From positions 22,626 through 86,625 of the forward strand of contig PKTL01000049.1 in the NCBI GenBank assembly GCA_002867475.1: a DNA stretch of 64,000 bases. The letters run 5' to 3'. Made by a program: the position numbers and the translations under genes. This DNA comes from Candidatus Woesearchaeota archaeon. GTDB taxonomy: Archaea > Nanobdellota > Nanobdellia > Woesearchaeales > BM511. Below, piece by piece: positions 51,073-59,814 of this stretch. A model generated the notes under the pieces. The model saw only the letters and a list, made by a program, of their open reading frames with translations. It made no database searches and was not told where the DNA came from. How positions within the stretch are numbered: position 1 is the stretch's first letter; every line of letters begins with the position of its first letter.

Positions 51073-51100
51073 TAAAGTTACTTACACAGTAACTTTTATA
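51073..51100. promoter_or_regulatory. palindrome 3: TAAAGTTACT-tacac-AGTAACTTTTATA
   Basis: 9-10-nt arms. The right arm is again AGTAACTTTTATA and ends about 50 nt before the GTG at 51151. Confidence 0.45.
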
Positions 51101-51150
51101 AATTAGTCAATTTTAGAACTTGTTATAGACTATAAATATATTCAATCGGG

Positions 51151-52146
51151 GTGGTAAACATTAAAGTAATAATTCCCTTAGCAGGAAAAGGAACAAGGCT
51201 AAGGCCGCATACGCATTCAAAGCCAAAACCATTGGTCCATGTAGCAGGAAAACCAGTTCTTGGACATATATTGGATAAGATAAAAGAATTGGAAGTAGAA
51301 GAAATAGTATTTATAACTGGGGATATGGAAGACCAGATAAAAGATTTTGTAAGTACTAACTATGATTATAATACTAAATATTTTAAGCAGACTGAACTTT
51401 TAGGGGATGGTCACGCTATAAATATGGCAAGTGGTGAGATAGATTCTGATGTCTTGATAGTTTTTGTAGATACTCTTTTTATGAGAGATATAAAATCAGA
51501 TATAGAAAATATGGGTGATTCTGAAGGGATTGTCTGGAGCAGCAAAACTGAAGATCCAAGACGTTTTGGTATATTAGAAGTCAATAAGAACGTAATAAAA
51601 GGAATTGAAGAAAAACCCGAGATTCCAAAAAGTGATCTAGCAATAATAGGATTATATTATTTTAAAGACTCAAAAAAAGTTTTCTCATACCTTAATAAAG
51701 TGATGGAGATGAATCTTTCAACAAAGGGAGAATATAGGCTTGCAGATGCAATGAGTCTAATGGTTGAAGATGGTGTAGAATTAAAAACATTTGCAGTTGA
51801 CAAATGGCTTGATTGCGGAGTCCCAGAAACATTGCTTCAAACAAATGAATATCTCCTTAATAATGGATACAGCAAGGAATCACCAACAAATAATTCGGTG
51901 ATAATAAAACCGGTCTATATAGAAAAAGGAGCAATAGTGGAAAATTCTGTAATAGGGCCTAATGTTTCAGTCGCAAAAGATGTAAAGCTAAAAGGGTGCA
52001 TAATTGAAAATAGTATTATAGGTGTTGGTGCAGAACTTCAAAACCTAAACCTTGAAGATTCACTTATCGGTGCACAAACTTACTTGGTTGAATCTCCAAA
52101 AAGTTTAAATGTTGGTGATAATACTCAAATAACTCCAAAAAGGTGA
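51151..52146 (+). CDS. sugar-1-phosphate nucleotidyltransferase with left-handed beta-helix tail
   Basis: 'IIPLAGKGTRLRPHTHSKPKPLV' pyrophosphorylase motif and C-terminal hexapeptide repeats. Confidence 0.8.
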   Translation: MVNIKVIIPLAGKGTRLRPHTHSKPKPLVHVAGKPVLGHILDKIKELEVEEIVFITGDMEDQIKDFVSTNYDYNTKYFKQTELLGDGHAINMASGEIDSDVLIVFVDTLFMRDIKSDIENMGDSEGIVWSSKTEDPRRFGILEVNKNVIKGIEEKPEIPKSDLAIIGLYYFKDSKKVFSYLNKVMEMNLSTKGEYRLADAMSLMVEDGVELKTFAVDKWLDCGVPETLLQTNEYLLNNGYSKESPTNNSVIIKPVYIEKGAIVENSVIGPNVSVAKDVKLKGCIIENSIIGVGAELQNLNLEDSLIGAQTYLVESPKSLNVGDNTQITPKR

Positions 52147-52155
52147 AATGATAAT

Positions 52156-54015
52156 ATGGTAAAAGCTCTCTATGAATTAGGTGGTGTAGAACAACGAGAA
52201 GAAACATTATCAACAGATTTTCTTCTGACAAACAAGAAAGGAGGATACTTTCTAGAATCAAAAGACACAATCTATAGAGGGTTTCACATATTGGATGTTG
52301 AAAATGGACTTCCTTCACTTTTTAAGACGATAGACAGCATATGCATATGTAGAGTTCCAAGCGAGATAATAAATAAGTTCTGGTGCATCGAAAAAAAATA
52401 TGCGCCTGAAACAACGGAGCGTTTCTTCATGCATGAAAACGGATTATTATATGAGGTTGAAAATTATGAAGGTTATAGTCTTTTAACACTTGATATGAGA
52501 AAGATAAACGATTACTCAAATGAAGGGCATGACTATAAGTTCTATGATAAGAACGGTTTTTTCATAATTGAATATAGTAAATTCAAGGATGCAGCAAAAA
52601 CTGAAAAAGCATACACTAAATATATAGTGATAAAGACAGATGCGAAAATAGAGAACCTTAGCAAATGGGTAAACAAAACTTTTGAATATGATAAAAGAAG
52701 GGGGGATGTATCAGAAAGATTCGTGTTTGAAGCATTAAGATTCCACATATCTAATAATGGAAGGATAGTTTTCTATTCAGGAACAAATCTTGAAGTTGCA
52801 ATGAACAATGCAAATTATTTGTATTATAGTAATGAGCATCTTAAGAACCAGAAAAAAGAATACATAAAACGATTGACAAGCAATAATATAATGGTCAGCA
52901 AAAGGATAGGTATGGCTTATAAAAGAGCGCTTAAAAGCTTAGATGATTTGACAATAGAAATTAATGAACAACCAATGATATATGCGGGGCTCCCTTGGTT
53001 CTATCAGATTTGGACAAGGGATGAAGCCATAAGTCTAAAAGCATTGATGTTAGAAAAAGAATACGAAAAAGTCAAAAAGATTATATTTAGGCAGCTTAAG
53101 ATAATACTTAAGGATGGCCGAATCCCAAACAGGTATCCTCCAAGTCAATTATCAAGTGCTGATGGCGTTGGTTGGGTCTTCAAAAGAATTTATGATTTTG
53201 TAAAACTTCTGCAGAAAAGAGGAGAGCTTGAAAAAGTTCTTTCAAGAGAAGATATGCTAGTTATCAAGGAGAAAATATCTGAATCATTGAATAAGCTTAT
53301 AATTCATAGGACAAGAGATGGTCTTGCAATAAATGGGCCTAAAGAGACTTGGATGGATACGGACTATGGTGGCGATGAACGAGATGGTGCAAGAATCGAG
53401 ATACAATCTCTTAGGTTATGTATGTATTCGTTCGCAGGATTCCTATCGAAATATCTAGAAGATAAGGATCAGAAAAAATATAGAGACCTTGAAAAGAATA
53501 TGAGGTTGAAAGTGAGACAGGATTTCTTTGAGAGAAAAATGCTAAAGGATGGTTCAACAGATAAAACGTTACGGCCTAACGTATTTTTAGCGCATTATAT
53601 CTATCCTGATCTATTATCAAGCAAGGAATGGGAACAAGCATTCAAATATTGCATAAATAATCTTTTACTTCCATGGGGTGGTTTTTCAACAATAGAAAAA
53701 TCAAGTCCTTTATACTCTGAGTATTATACAGGTATGGATAACAAAAGCTATCATAGAGGTGACTCTTGGTATTTTGTCAATAACCTTGCAGCAATAAGCC
53801 TAAAGAAAGTAAACTATGACATGTTCTATAATGTGATAGTAAAAATAGTAGAAGCATCGACCGAAGAGATATTAGCAAAAGGCGTGATGGGTGTAGCAAG
53901 CGAACTTTCAAGTGCGAAGGAATTAAGAAGTGAAGGATGTCTTAGTCAAGCATGGAGTTCTGCAACTTATATTGAACTAGTGCATGAATTATTTGAAAAC
54001 GCCACAGACAAATAA
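52156..54015 (+). CDS. amylo-alpha-1,6-glucosidase / glycogen debranching enzyme (archaeal type)
   Basis: 'AGLPWFYQIWTRDEAISL', 'YHRGDSWYFVNN' and 'LSQAWSSATYIE', an (alpha/alpha)6 barrel pattern of GDE C-terminal domains. Confidence 0.8.
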   Translation: MVKALYELGGVEQREETLSTDFLLTNKKGGYFLESKDTIYRGFHILDVENGLPSLFKTIDSICICRVPSEIINKFWCIEKKYAPETTERFFMHENGLLYEVENYEGYSLLTLDMRKINDYSNEGHDYKFYDKNGFFIIEYSKFKDAAKTEKAYTKYIVIKTDAKIENLSKWVNKTFEYDKRRGDVSERFVFEALRFHISNNGRIVFYSGTNLEVAMNNANYLYYSNEHLKNQKKEYIKRLTSNNIMVSKRIGMAYKRALKSLDDLTIEINEQPMIYAGLPWFYQIWTRDEAISLKALMLEKEYEKVKKIIFRQLKIILKDGRIPNRYPPSQLSSADGVGWVFKRIYDFVKLLQKRGELEKVLSREDMLVIKEKISESLNKLIIHRTRDGLAINGPKETWMDTDYGGDERDGARIEIQSLRLCMYSFAGFLSKYLEDKDQKKYRDLEKNMRLKVRQDFFERKMLKDGSTDKTLRPNVFLAHYIYPDLLSSKEWEQAFKYCINNLLLPWGGFSTIEKSSPLYSEYYTGMDNKSYHRGDSWYFVNNLAAISLKKVNYDMFYNVIVKIVEASTEEILAKGVMGVASELSSAKELRSEGCLSQAWSSATYIELVHELFENATDK

Positions 54016-54075
54016 CTACTATTAAGTAATAACAAAATAGAAAAGTTTATATATTATTTATTCTAATCATTATAT

Positions 54076-54807
54076 ATGACAACTCTAATCGGTATGAAAG
54101 TTAAAGAACCATATAACGCAGTAGTTTTAGGTTCAGATATTCAAGCAAGTTACAAAGAACCACTTGAAACTCCAGGAGCAACATTACATATAGAGAAAAA
54201 AATGTATGTGCCAAAAATATTTGCAACTCCTGATGAAGATATGGCAATTGCAATGGCTGGCGCAGCAACAGAAGAATATCAAGCATTTAAAAATAATATA
54301 CTTGGTGCTAGCCAAGATTTGAAATTTGATTTTAGAGAAGATTTAACTAAAGGATTTTCAAGCACTATTAGAGATTTAAATTTTAGTAGCTCAACAAGAA
54401 ATGGCTATGGTGATTATAATTTAAATGATACTTTTTTTTTACTTGTAGCATACGCAAAAGATGATGATGTGGAATTATATAGGGTTTCAAATTCAGGTAA
54501 AATATTTAATATACCAGCCAAAGCTATGGGATCTGGTGAAAATTATGCCAGTGATTGGATAAATGTAATCATGAATAAAAGTCTTTATCCAAAAGAAGCA
54601 AAATCTGAATTAGCCAAAGCTACTTATTTAGTGATGGCAGGACTTGATGAAGCAATTAATATTGATAAACATTCAAGTGGGAAAGATGTTGTTATTGTAT
54701 CAAATAAAGGGATTGAAAATATAACACAAGAAATGTATAAAGAACTTTCTGAACTTGAATGGAAAAAAAGAATGAAAATAATTAATGGATTAAATCAATC
54801 TTTTTAA
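54076..54807 (+). CDS. proteasome-beta/HslV-like Ntn hydrolase without propeptide
   Basis: Starts 'MTTLIGMKV...AVVLGSDIQAS', so a Thr directly follows the initiator Met. 'AMGSGENYA' matches the GSG region of proteasome beta subunits. Otherwise divergent. Confidence 0.5.
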   Translation: MTTLIGMKVKEPYNAVVLGSDIQASYKEPLETPGATLHIEKKMYVPKIFATPDEDMAIAMAGAATEEYQAFKNNILGASQDLKFDFREDLTKGFSSTIRDLNFSSSTRNGYGDYNLNDTFFLLVAYAKDDDVELYRVSNSGKIFNIPAKAMGSGENYASDWINVIMNKSLYPKEAKSELAKATYLVMAGLDEAINIDKHSSGKDVVIVSNKGIENITQEMYKELSELEWKKRMKIINGLNQSF

Positions 54808-54823
54808 TAAATTTTAATGCTTT

Positions 54824-55255
54824 TTAGTGTATGGTTGGTTTATTTTTTTCTATTTCGCTTTCTAAATAATCTATTCTTCTTTTGAATAATTCTATACCTT
54901 TTTGAGCAGATTCTAATATTTCAGAACCTATTAATGTTTTTGAAGGTATTTGACTAGCTATGTTTTTTTTCATTTTTTCTTCAAGTGTAAGAAAATAATC
55001 TAATGCTTTATATCCTTCAATTTCATCTTTTTTATTATAACATTGCGACATACAATCATCAATAATAACTCCAATTTCATTAAGAAGTTCAATTTTAAAA
55101 TAAGGATTTTCTTTTGCAACTGAATAATAATTTCTTTTGTATCCTTCAATTTGAATTATTATTTTAGAAATATATATTTTAATTTGTTCATCTTGCAAAC
55201 TTTTATAGAATTCTTGATCAATCTCTTCTAGACTTATTGATTTTTCTAAACTCAT
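54824..55255 (-). CDS. hypothetical protein (helical)
   Basis: 143-aa ORF with no recognisable motif. Confidence 0.5.
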   Translation of the reverse strand: MSLEKSISLEEIDQEFYKSLQDEQIKIYISKIIIQIEGYKRNYYSVAKENPYFKIELLNEIGVIIDDCMSQCYNKKDEIEGYKALDYFLTLEEKMKKNIASQIPSKTLIGSEILESAQKGIELFKRRIDYLESEIEKNKPTIH

Positions 55256-55339
55256 TTTTAATTATGTTATTCAAGTATTTTTATACTTTTACAATATTTA
55301 AACGAACCACTTATAAATAATCCACAAAAACTATACTTT

Positions 55340-57025
55340 ATGTCAAAAGAGTTTTATGGAGAATTGATTGAATATATAAAGGAGAATAAGCCTTCAAAAG
55401 AGGATCTAGCTAAACATAAGATCAAACTATGTAAAAAGCATGGCCAAAAGCAGATTCCAACAGATATCCAAATACTTCTTCATGCAAATAAAAATGATAA
55501 TTTAACTCTTGTAACAAAGCCAACAAGAACCATAAGTGGCGTAACTGTTGTTGCGATAATGAGTCATCCATTTGAGTGTCCTCATGGCAAATGTGCAATG
55601 TGTCCAAGTAATGTGGAATCAGGAGTTCCTATGAGTTACACTGGGCATGAACCAGCAACGATGAGGGGAATTAGAAATGATTTTGATTCATATCTTCAAG
55701 TTTTCAACAGGCTTGAACAGTACATTGTGCTTGGTCAAAGCTTTGACAAAATCGAATTAATAATTATGGGGGGAACTTTTCCAAGTTTCCCAAAAGATTA
55801 TCAAGAATTATTTGTAACTAATGCATTTAAAGCAATGAATGATTTTAGTGATAAATTTTTTGATAACGAAATTTTTTTAGTTGATAAATTCAAAGAATTT
55901 TTTGAACTTCCTTTCGATGTAAGGACTGAAACTGAAGAAAGTAAAAAAAGAGCTAAAAGAATCAAAGAAAAAATACTCAAACTAAAAAATAAACCTGCTT
56001 TAACTTTAAAAGAAGAACAAGAAAGAAATGAACTTTCTAATATTAAATGTGTTGGGTTAACTGTTGAGACAAGACCTGATTATGGGATGTTAAAAGAAGG
56101 AAATGAACTTCTTAGATTAGGGTGTACAAGAATTGAATTAGGCATTCAAAGTGTTTACGAAGAAGCATTAAAAGAAATTGATAGAGGTCATACAGTAAAA
56201 GATTCAATAAAATCAATTAAAACTCTTAGAAATCTAGGGTTTAAATTAAACTTTCATTATATGCCTGGCCTTCCAGGAATTGATTATAAAAAAGATTTAG
56301 AAGGGATGAAAGAATTATTTATCAATTCAAATTTTAGACCTGACATGATAAAAATTTATCCTTGTATGGTAATTCCAGGAACAAAACTTTTCGATAAATT
56401 TGAGAAAGGGGAATTTAATCCAATTACAACAACTGAATCTGCAAAACTAATTGCTGAATTCAAACCTTTTATCGAACCTTATTGCAGAGTTATGCGAATA
56501 CAACGTGATATACCAACCTATAAAACCGCTGCCGGAGTTGATAAAACAAATCTTAGACAAGAAATAGATAAATTAAAACCAAACTGTAAGTGTATAAGGT
56601 GTAGGGAAGTAGGCCATTTAGCAAGAAAAGGATTAGTTCCAGAAAAAATAGAAATAAAAGTCCAAAAATATGAAGCAAATGAAGGTGAAGAATTTTTTAT
56701 TTCAGCTGAAGATTTTGAAAAAAATGTGTTAATTGGATATTGTAGATTAAGATTTCCAAGTGAAACTTTAAGAAAAGAAATAATCAACACTTCTGCAATT
56801 GTTAGAGAACTTCATGTATATGGTGGCGCTGTTAAAATCGGAGAGAAAAAAGAAGGTGAAGTTCAACATAGTGGGTGGGGAAAAAAGCTTCTAGCAAAAG
56901 CTGAAGAGATATCTAAAGAAAATAAAAAAGATAAGATTTTAGTTATCAGTGGTGTTGGCGTAAGGGAATATTACAGAAAACAAGGATACTCTCTTGAAGG
57001 TCATTACATGGTAAAAAATATATGA
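55340..57025 (+). CDS. elp3: Elp3-family radical-SAM/GNAT tRNA uridine(34) modification enzyme
   Basis: Radical-SAM region with 'CPHGKCAMCP', 'VETRPD' and 'RIELGIQS'. C-terminal GNAT 'VQHSGWGKKLL'. Confidence 0.9.
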   Translation: MSKEFYGELIEYIKENKPSKEDLAKHKIKLCKKHGQKQIPTDIQILLHANKNDNLTLVTKPTRTISGVTVVAIMSHPFECPHGKCAMCPSNVESGVPMSYTGHEPATMRGIRNDFDSYLQVFNRLEQYIVLGQSFDKIELIIMGGTFPSFPKDYQELFVTNAFKAMNDFSDKFFDNEIFLVDKFKEFFELPFDVRTETEESKKRAKRIKEKILKLKNKPALTLKEEQERNELSNIKCVGLTVETRPDYGMLKEGNELLRLGCTRIELGIQSVYEEALKEIDRGHTVKDSIKSIKTLRNLGFKLNFHYMPGLPGIDYKKDLEGMKELFINSNFRPDMIKIYPCMVIPGTKLFDKFEKGEFNPITTTESAKLIAEFKPFIEPYCRVMRIQRDIPTYKTAAGVDKTNLRQEIDKLKPNCKCIRCREVGHLARKGLVPEKIEIKVQKYEANEGEEFFISAEDFEKNVLIGYCRLRFPSETLRKEIINTSAIVRELHVYGGAVKIGEKKEGEVQHSGWGKKLLAKAEEISKENKKDKILVISGVGVREYYRKQGYSLEGHYMVKNI

Positions 57026-57029
57026 ACTT

Positions 57030-57668
57030 TTATATTTTATTTTGTCCATACATATAATTTTTCTGCCTTTTCCTATTTTTAGTATTATAATCCATCACTA
57101 TGTTATCTGGTATCTGTTGAGAGAATAGAAGTCTGGTTTTGCTATCTAAATTTCCTTTTCCTATCAAAAGATCTAATAGGTCTGATTTATCTTGAAAACT
57201 CAATCCATAAGTGTGGCCTCTATCAGTTTCTTTTGTCAAAGCATCATATATCTTATGTTGTCGGGATTCATAATTTCTTATTATAGAATCTGCGGAATCA
57301 GAGCTTATTCCAATTATTGTAGGGATAAAAGTAAAAGGGTCAATTTGTCTTCTGATTTTTTCAATTATTTTATCATTACTACTATAATCTTTTTTTAATT
57401 GAGAAAAACCATATGTTGCAACAAATATTGAATTAAAATTTCCTTGAAGTATCTTTTCTTGATCTCTTTCAAGCTCTATAGGTGATAATATAACTTCATT
57501 TCCTTTAATATTATAAGGGATATCAATTCCATTTTGAAATTCTTTTTTTGCTTTATGAGTTAATAATGTGATTCTATTATTTCTTTCGAAATGCTTGAAT
57601 AATGTATCTAATCCTTTATTATCTGTACCTATTGTTATAGTTCTATTATAATTATTTTGTTCTTCCAT
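57030..57668 (-). CDS. hypothetical protein, paralog of the upstream gene
   Basis: 212 aa. Shares 'N(K/R)T..IG.D..G...L' and 'II.GISSDSADSIIRNY' (versus 'LVSGGNSSLIMNPRSY') with ORF 57670..58236. Confidence 0.55.
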   Translation of the reverse strand: MEEQNNYNRTITIGTDNKGLDTLFKHFERNNRITLLTHKAKKEFQNGIDIPYNIKGNEVILSPIELERDQEKILQGNFNSIFVATYGFSQLKKDYSSNDKIIEKIRRQIDPFTFIPTIIGISSDSADSIIRNYESRQHKIYDALTKETDRGHTYGLSFQDKSDLLDLLIGKGNLDSKTRLLFSQQIPDNIVMDYNTKNRKRQKNYMYGQNKI

Positions 57669-57669
57669 C

Positions 57670-58236
57670 CTATCTGTAATTCTCTACATATTCTAGTTTT
57701 TTTTCTTTTATGGAAAAAAGGTTTTCTTCGGGTTTTATGCCTTTTGCTATTAGATCCTTAAAAGCCCTATAGGATCTTGGGTTCATTATTAAAGAACTAT
57801 TACCTCCAGATACTAGGTATGAATCAAAATGGCTAAATCTTTTTTCATCATCTAATCTTAATGCAACTTCTACATGTTCTAGAACAGCACATAATGTGCT
57901 TGGGAAATCTTCATGGAATAAAATCTTCAGTCCACCAAGGAGAGTATTAAGATTTTTGAATGTCGAATTTTTTATCCTTTCTTGATATCCTATAATCAAC
58001 GAGTGGTATTCAGATGGGTCGAAAGTTCCATTCCTAAATTCATCATATAATGATATTGGTTTAAAATTTACTTCTTGAATTATTTTTTCTCCGGAATCCT
58101 CTTTTACTATGTCAATCTTTGCATTGAAAGGGTCTGTGTATTCAGGATATTCAATAAGTCTCATAGAAGCAAGAAGTTTCATACCTTCCTTATCTATACC
58201 AACAAAAGTTTTATTTTGTGTCATAGATTTTGGCAA
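57670..58236 (-). CDS. hypothetical protein, paralog of the downstream gene
   Basis: 188 aa. Its stop lies 1 nt before the next ATG, which looks like translational coupling. Confidence 0.55.
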   Translation of the reverse strand: MPKSMTQNKTFVGIDKEGMKLLASMRLIEYPEYTDPFNAKIDIVKEDSGEKIIQEVNFKPISLYDEFRNGTFDPSEYHSLIIGYQERIKNSTFKNLNTLLGGLKILFHEDFPSTLCAVLEHVEVALRLDDEKRFSHFDSYLVSGGNSSLIMNPRSYRAFKDLIAKGIKPEENLFSIKEKKLEYVENYR

Positions 58237-58345
58237 AAACAGGTCGTTTATAAAACTTCCTATTTTAATGTCACTATTGAGTGGTTATATTAAATTCTTG
58301 TTTTAATAAAAACTTATAAACAAATACAGAAACCTTGATATTATC

Positions 58346-59311
58346 ATGAGCGAACCAGAAAGAATTCCAAATACTGATAATATTCAAATAAAACCTGGAT
58401 TTGAACAAAGATATAAAGGTCTTTGTAGAAACGAAGAGGATTATGAAGAATTCATGAAATACTCGCTTTCTTTTCTTAGACGAAGCATAAGGATAAACAC
58501 TTTGAAAGCAGATATTGAAAGTGTCAAGAAAAGCTTGAGTGAAAAAGGATGGATATTGACGCAGATACCTTGGTGCAAGGAAGGATTTTGGATAGATAAT
58601 AAGACTGGTAGAAGAGATATTGGAAACACTGAAGAACATATGCTTGGTTATATCTATGTTCAAGAAGCAGTAAGCATGATACCTCCAATAGTTCTTAATC
58701 CACACCCTGGAGAGACAATTCTTGATATGTGTGCAAGTCCTGGATCAAAGACAAGCCAGATTGCAATGTATATGAAAAACCAAGGAATTCTTCTAGCAAA
58801 TGATTACAAAGGGATGAGGGTTAGGCCTCTTGGAATAAACATGCAAAGAATTGGGGCAACAAATATACTCATAACACTTATGGATGGTGCAAGATTTCGT
58901 GATTTGGAGTTCGACAGGATACTAGTTGATGCTCCCTGTAGTGGTAGTGGAACAATCCGTAAAAGCCTAAAAACTCTTCGTATGTGGAATGAAAGAAGTA
59001 TAAGAAGAATAGCTGGACAGCAAAAAACGCTTCTTGAAAATGCTTACAAACTATTGAAGCCAGGTGGAACAATAGTGTATAGTACTTGTACGCTTGAACC
59101 TGAAGAAAACGAAGGAGTGGTCAATTATCTATTGAATAAATATTCTGACATGGAATGCGTTCCTTTTGAGATAGACATGAAATTAGGAGAACCTATTCTT
59201 GAATGGAACGATGAGAAATTTAATCCTCAAGTAAAAAATGTGTTAAGAATCTGGCCTCAAGATAATGATACTGAGGGGTTCTTTGTCGCAAAACTTGTAA
59301 AGAAGGATTAA
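58346..59311 (+). CDS. NOL1/NOP2/Sun-family RNA (cytosine-C5) methyltransferase
   Basis: 'DMCASPGSKTS', 'DAPCSGSGTIRK' and 'YSTCTLEPEENE'. Confidence 0.9.
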   Translation: MSEPERIPNTDNIQIKPGFEQRYKGLCRNEEDYEEFMKYSLSFLRRSIRINTLKADIESVKKSLSEKGWILTQIPWCKEGFWIDNKTGRRDIGNTEEHMLGYIYVQEAVSMIPPIVLNPHPGETILDMCASPGSKTSQIAMYMKNQGILLANDYKGMRVRPLGINMQRIGATNILITLMDGARFRDLEFDRILVDAPCSGSGTIRKSLKTLRMWNERSIRRIAGQQKTLLENAYKLLKPGGTIVYSTCTLEPEENEGVVNYLLNKYSDMECVPFEIDMKLGEPILEWNDEKFNPQVKNVLRIWPQDNDTEGFFVAKLVKKD

Positions 59312-59514
59312 TTCATAACAAGTATCTTTATCATCTCATTCAATTCTTGCTTATTATTCTCATCCATCGTATAGAATTCCTTTGGATGATGCACTTTATT
59401 ATGTTCTGATAATTGTCTTTCAAAATCTCTAATATGTTTTCCTTTCATAGTATGATTGCAGCCATTATCATGAAGCATATCACAACTTATTGTCTTAAAA
59501 CCAATATTGTTCAT
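59308..59514 (-). CDS. small hypothetical protein
   Basis: 68-aa ORF preceded by AGGTGAT 3 nt before the ATG. Confidence 0.45.
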   Translation of the reverse strand: MNNIGFKTISCDMLHDNGCNHTMKGKHIRDFERQLSEHNKVHHPKEFYTMDENNKQELNEMIKILVMN

Positions 59515-59622
59515 ATTATCACCTTTTTAACCCTAAATAATCATAAACCTAAAGCATGGGTTTTTCGTTTATAAAAGAATTGTTTAATATACAAAAGTAT
59601 ACTAAGCTTATATTGAAATAAT

Positions 59623-59763
59623 TTAATCGACTAGTTCCATCTCAATATTTCTACCTAAAATTTCCTCTCTTTCATCAAAACCACAGTCAAGACATACCAT
59701 ACATTCCTTTCCAGCAAATATTTCAAACCTTATATTATTTGATTCACATTTCTTGCATCTCAT
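59623..59763 (-). CDS. small zinc-ribbon protein
   Basis: 46-aa ORF below the track cutoff: 'MRCKKCESNN...CMVCLDCGF...', with two CxxC pairs. AGGTGG lies 5 nt before the ATG. Confidence 0.5.
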   Translation of the reverse strand: MRCKKCESNNIRFEIFAGKECMVCLDCGFDEREEILGRNIEMELVD

Positions 59764-59814
59764 AAAAACCACCTGGGAAGTAATTATAGGTTTTAGATTT
59801 TAAAAAAGATATGT

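Noticed and set aside
50973-51100. The palindrome array as a mini-CRISPR or a replication origin.
   Set aside because: There are only three imperfectly related dyads with unequal spacing and no spacer-like unique segments or cas genes. There is no orc1/cdc6 gene nearby and no resemblance to ORB elements I know. Origin function cannot be supported from this window.
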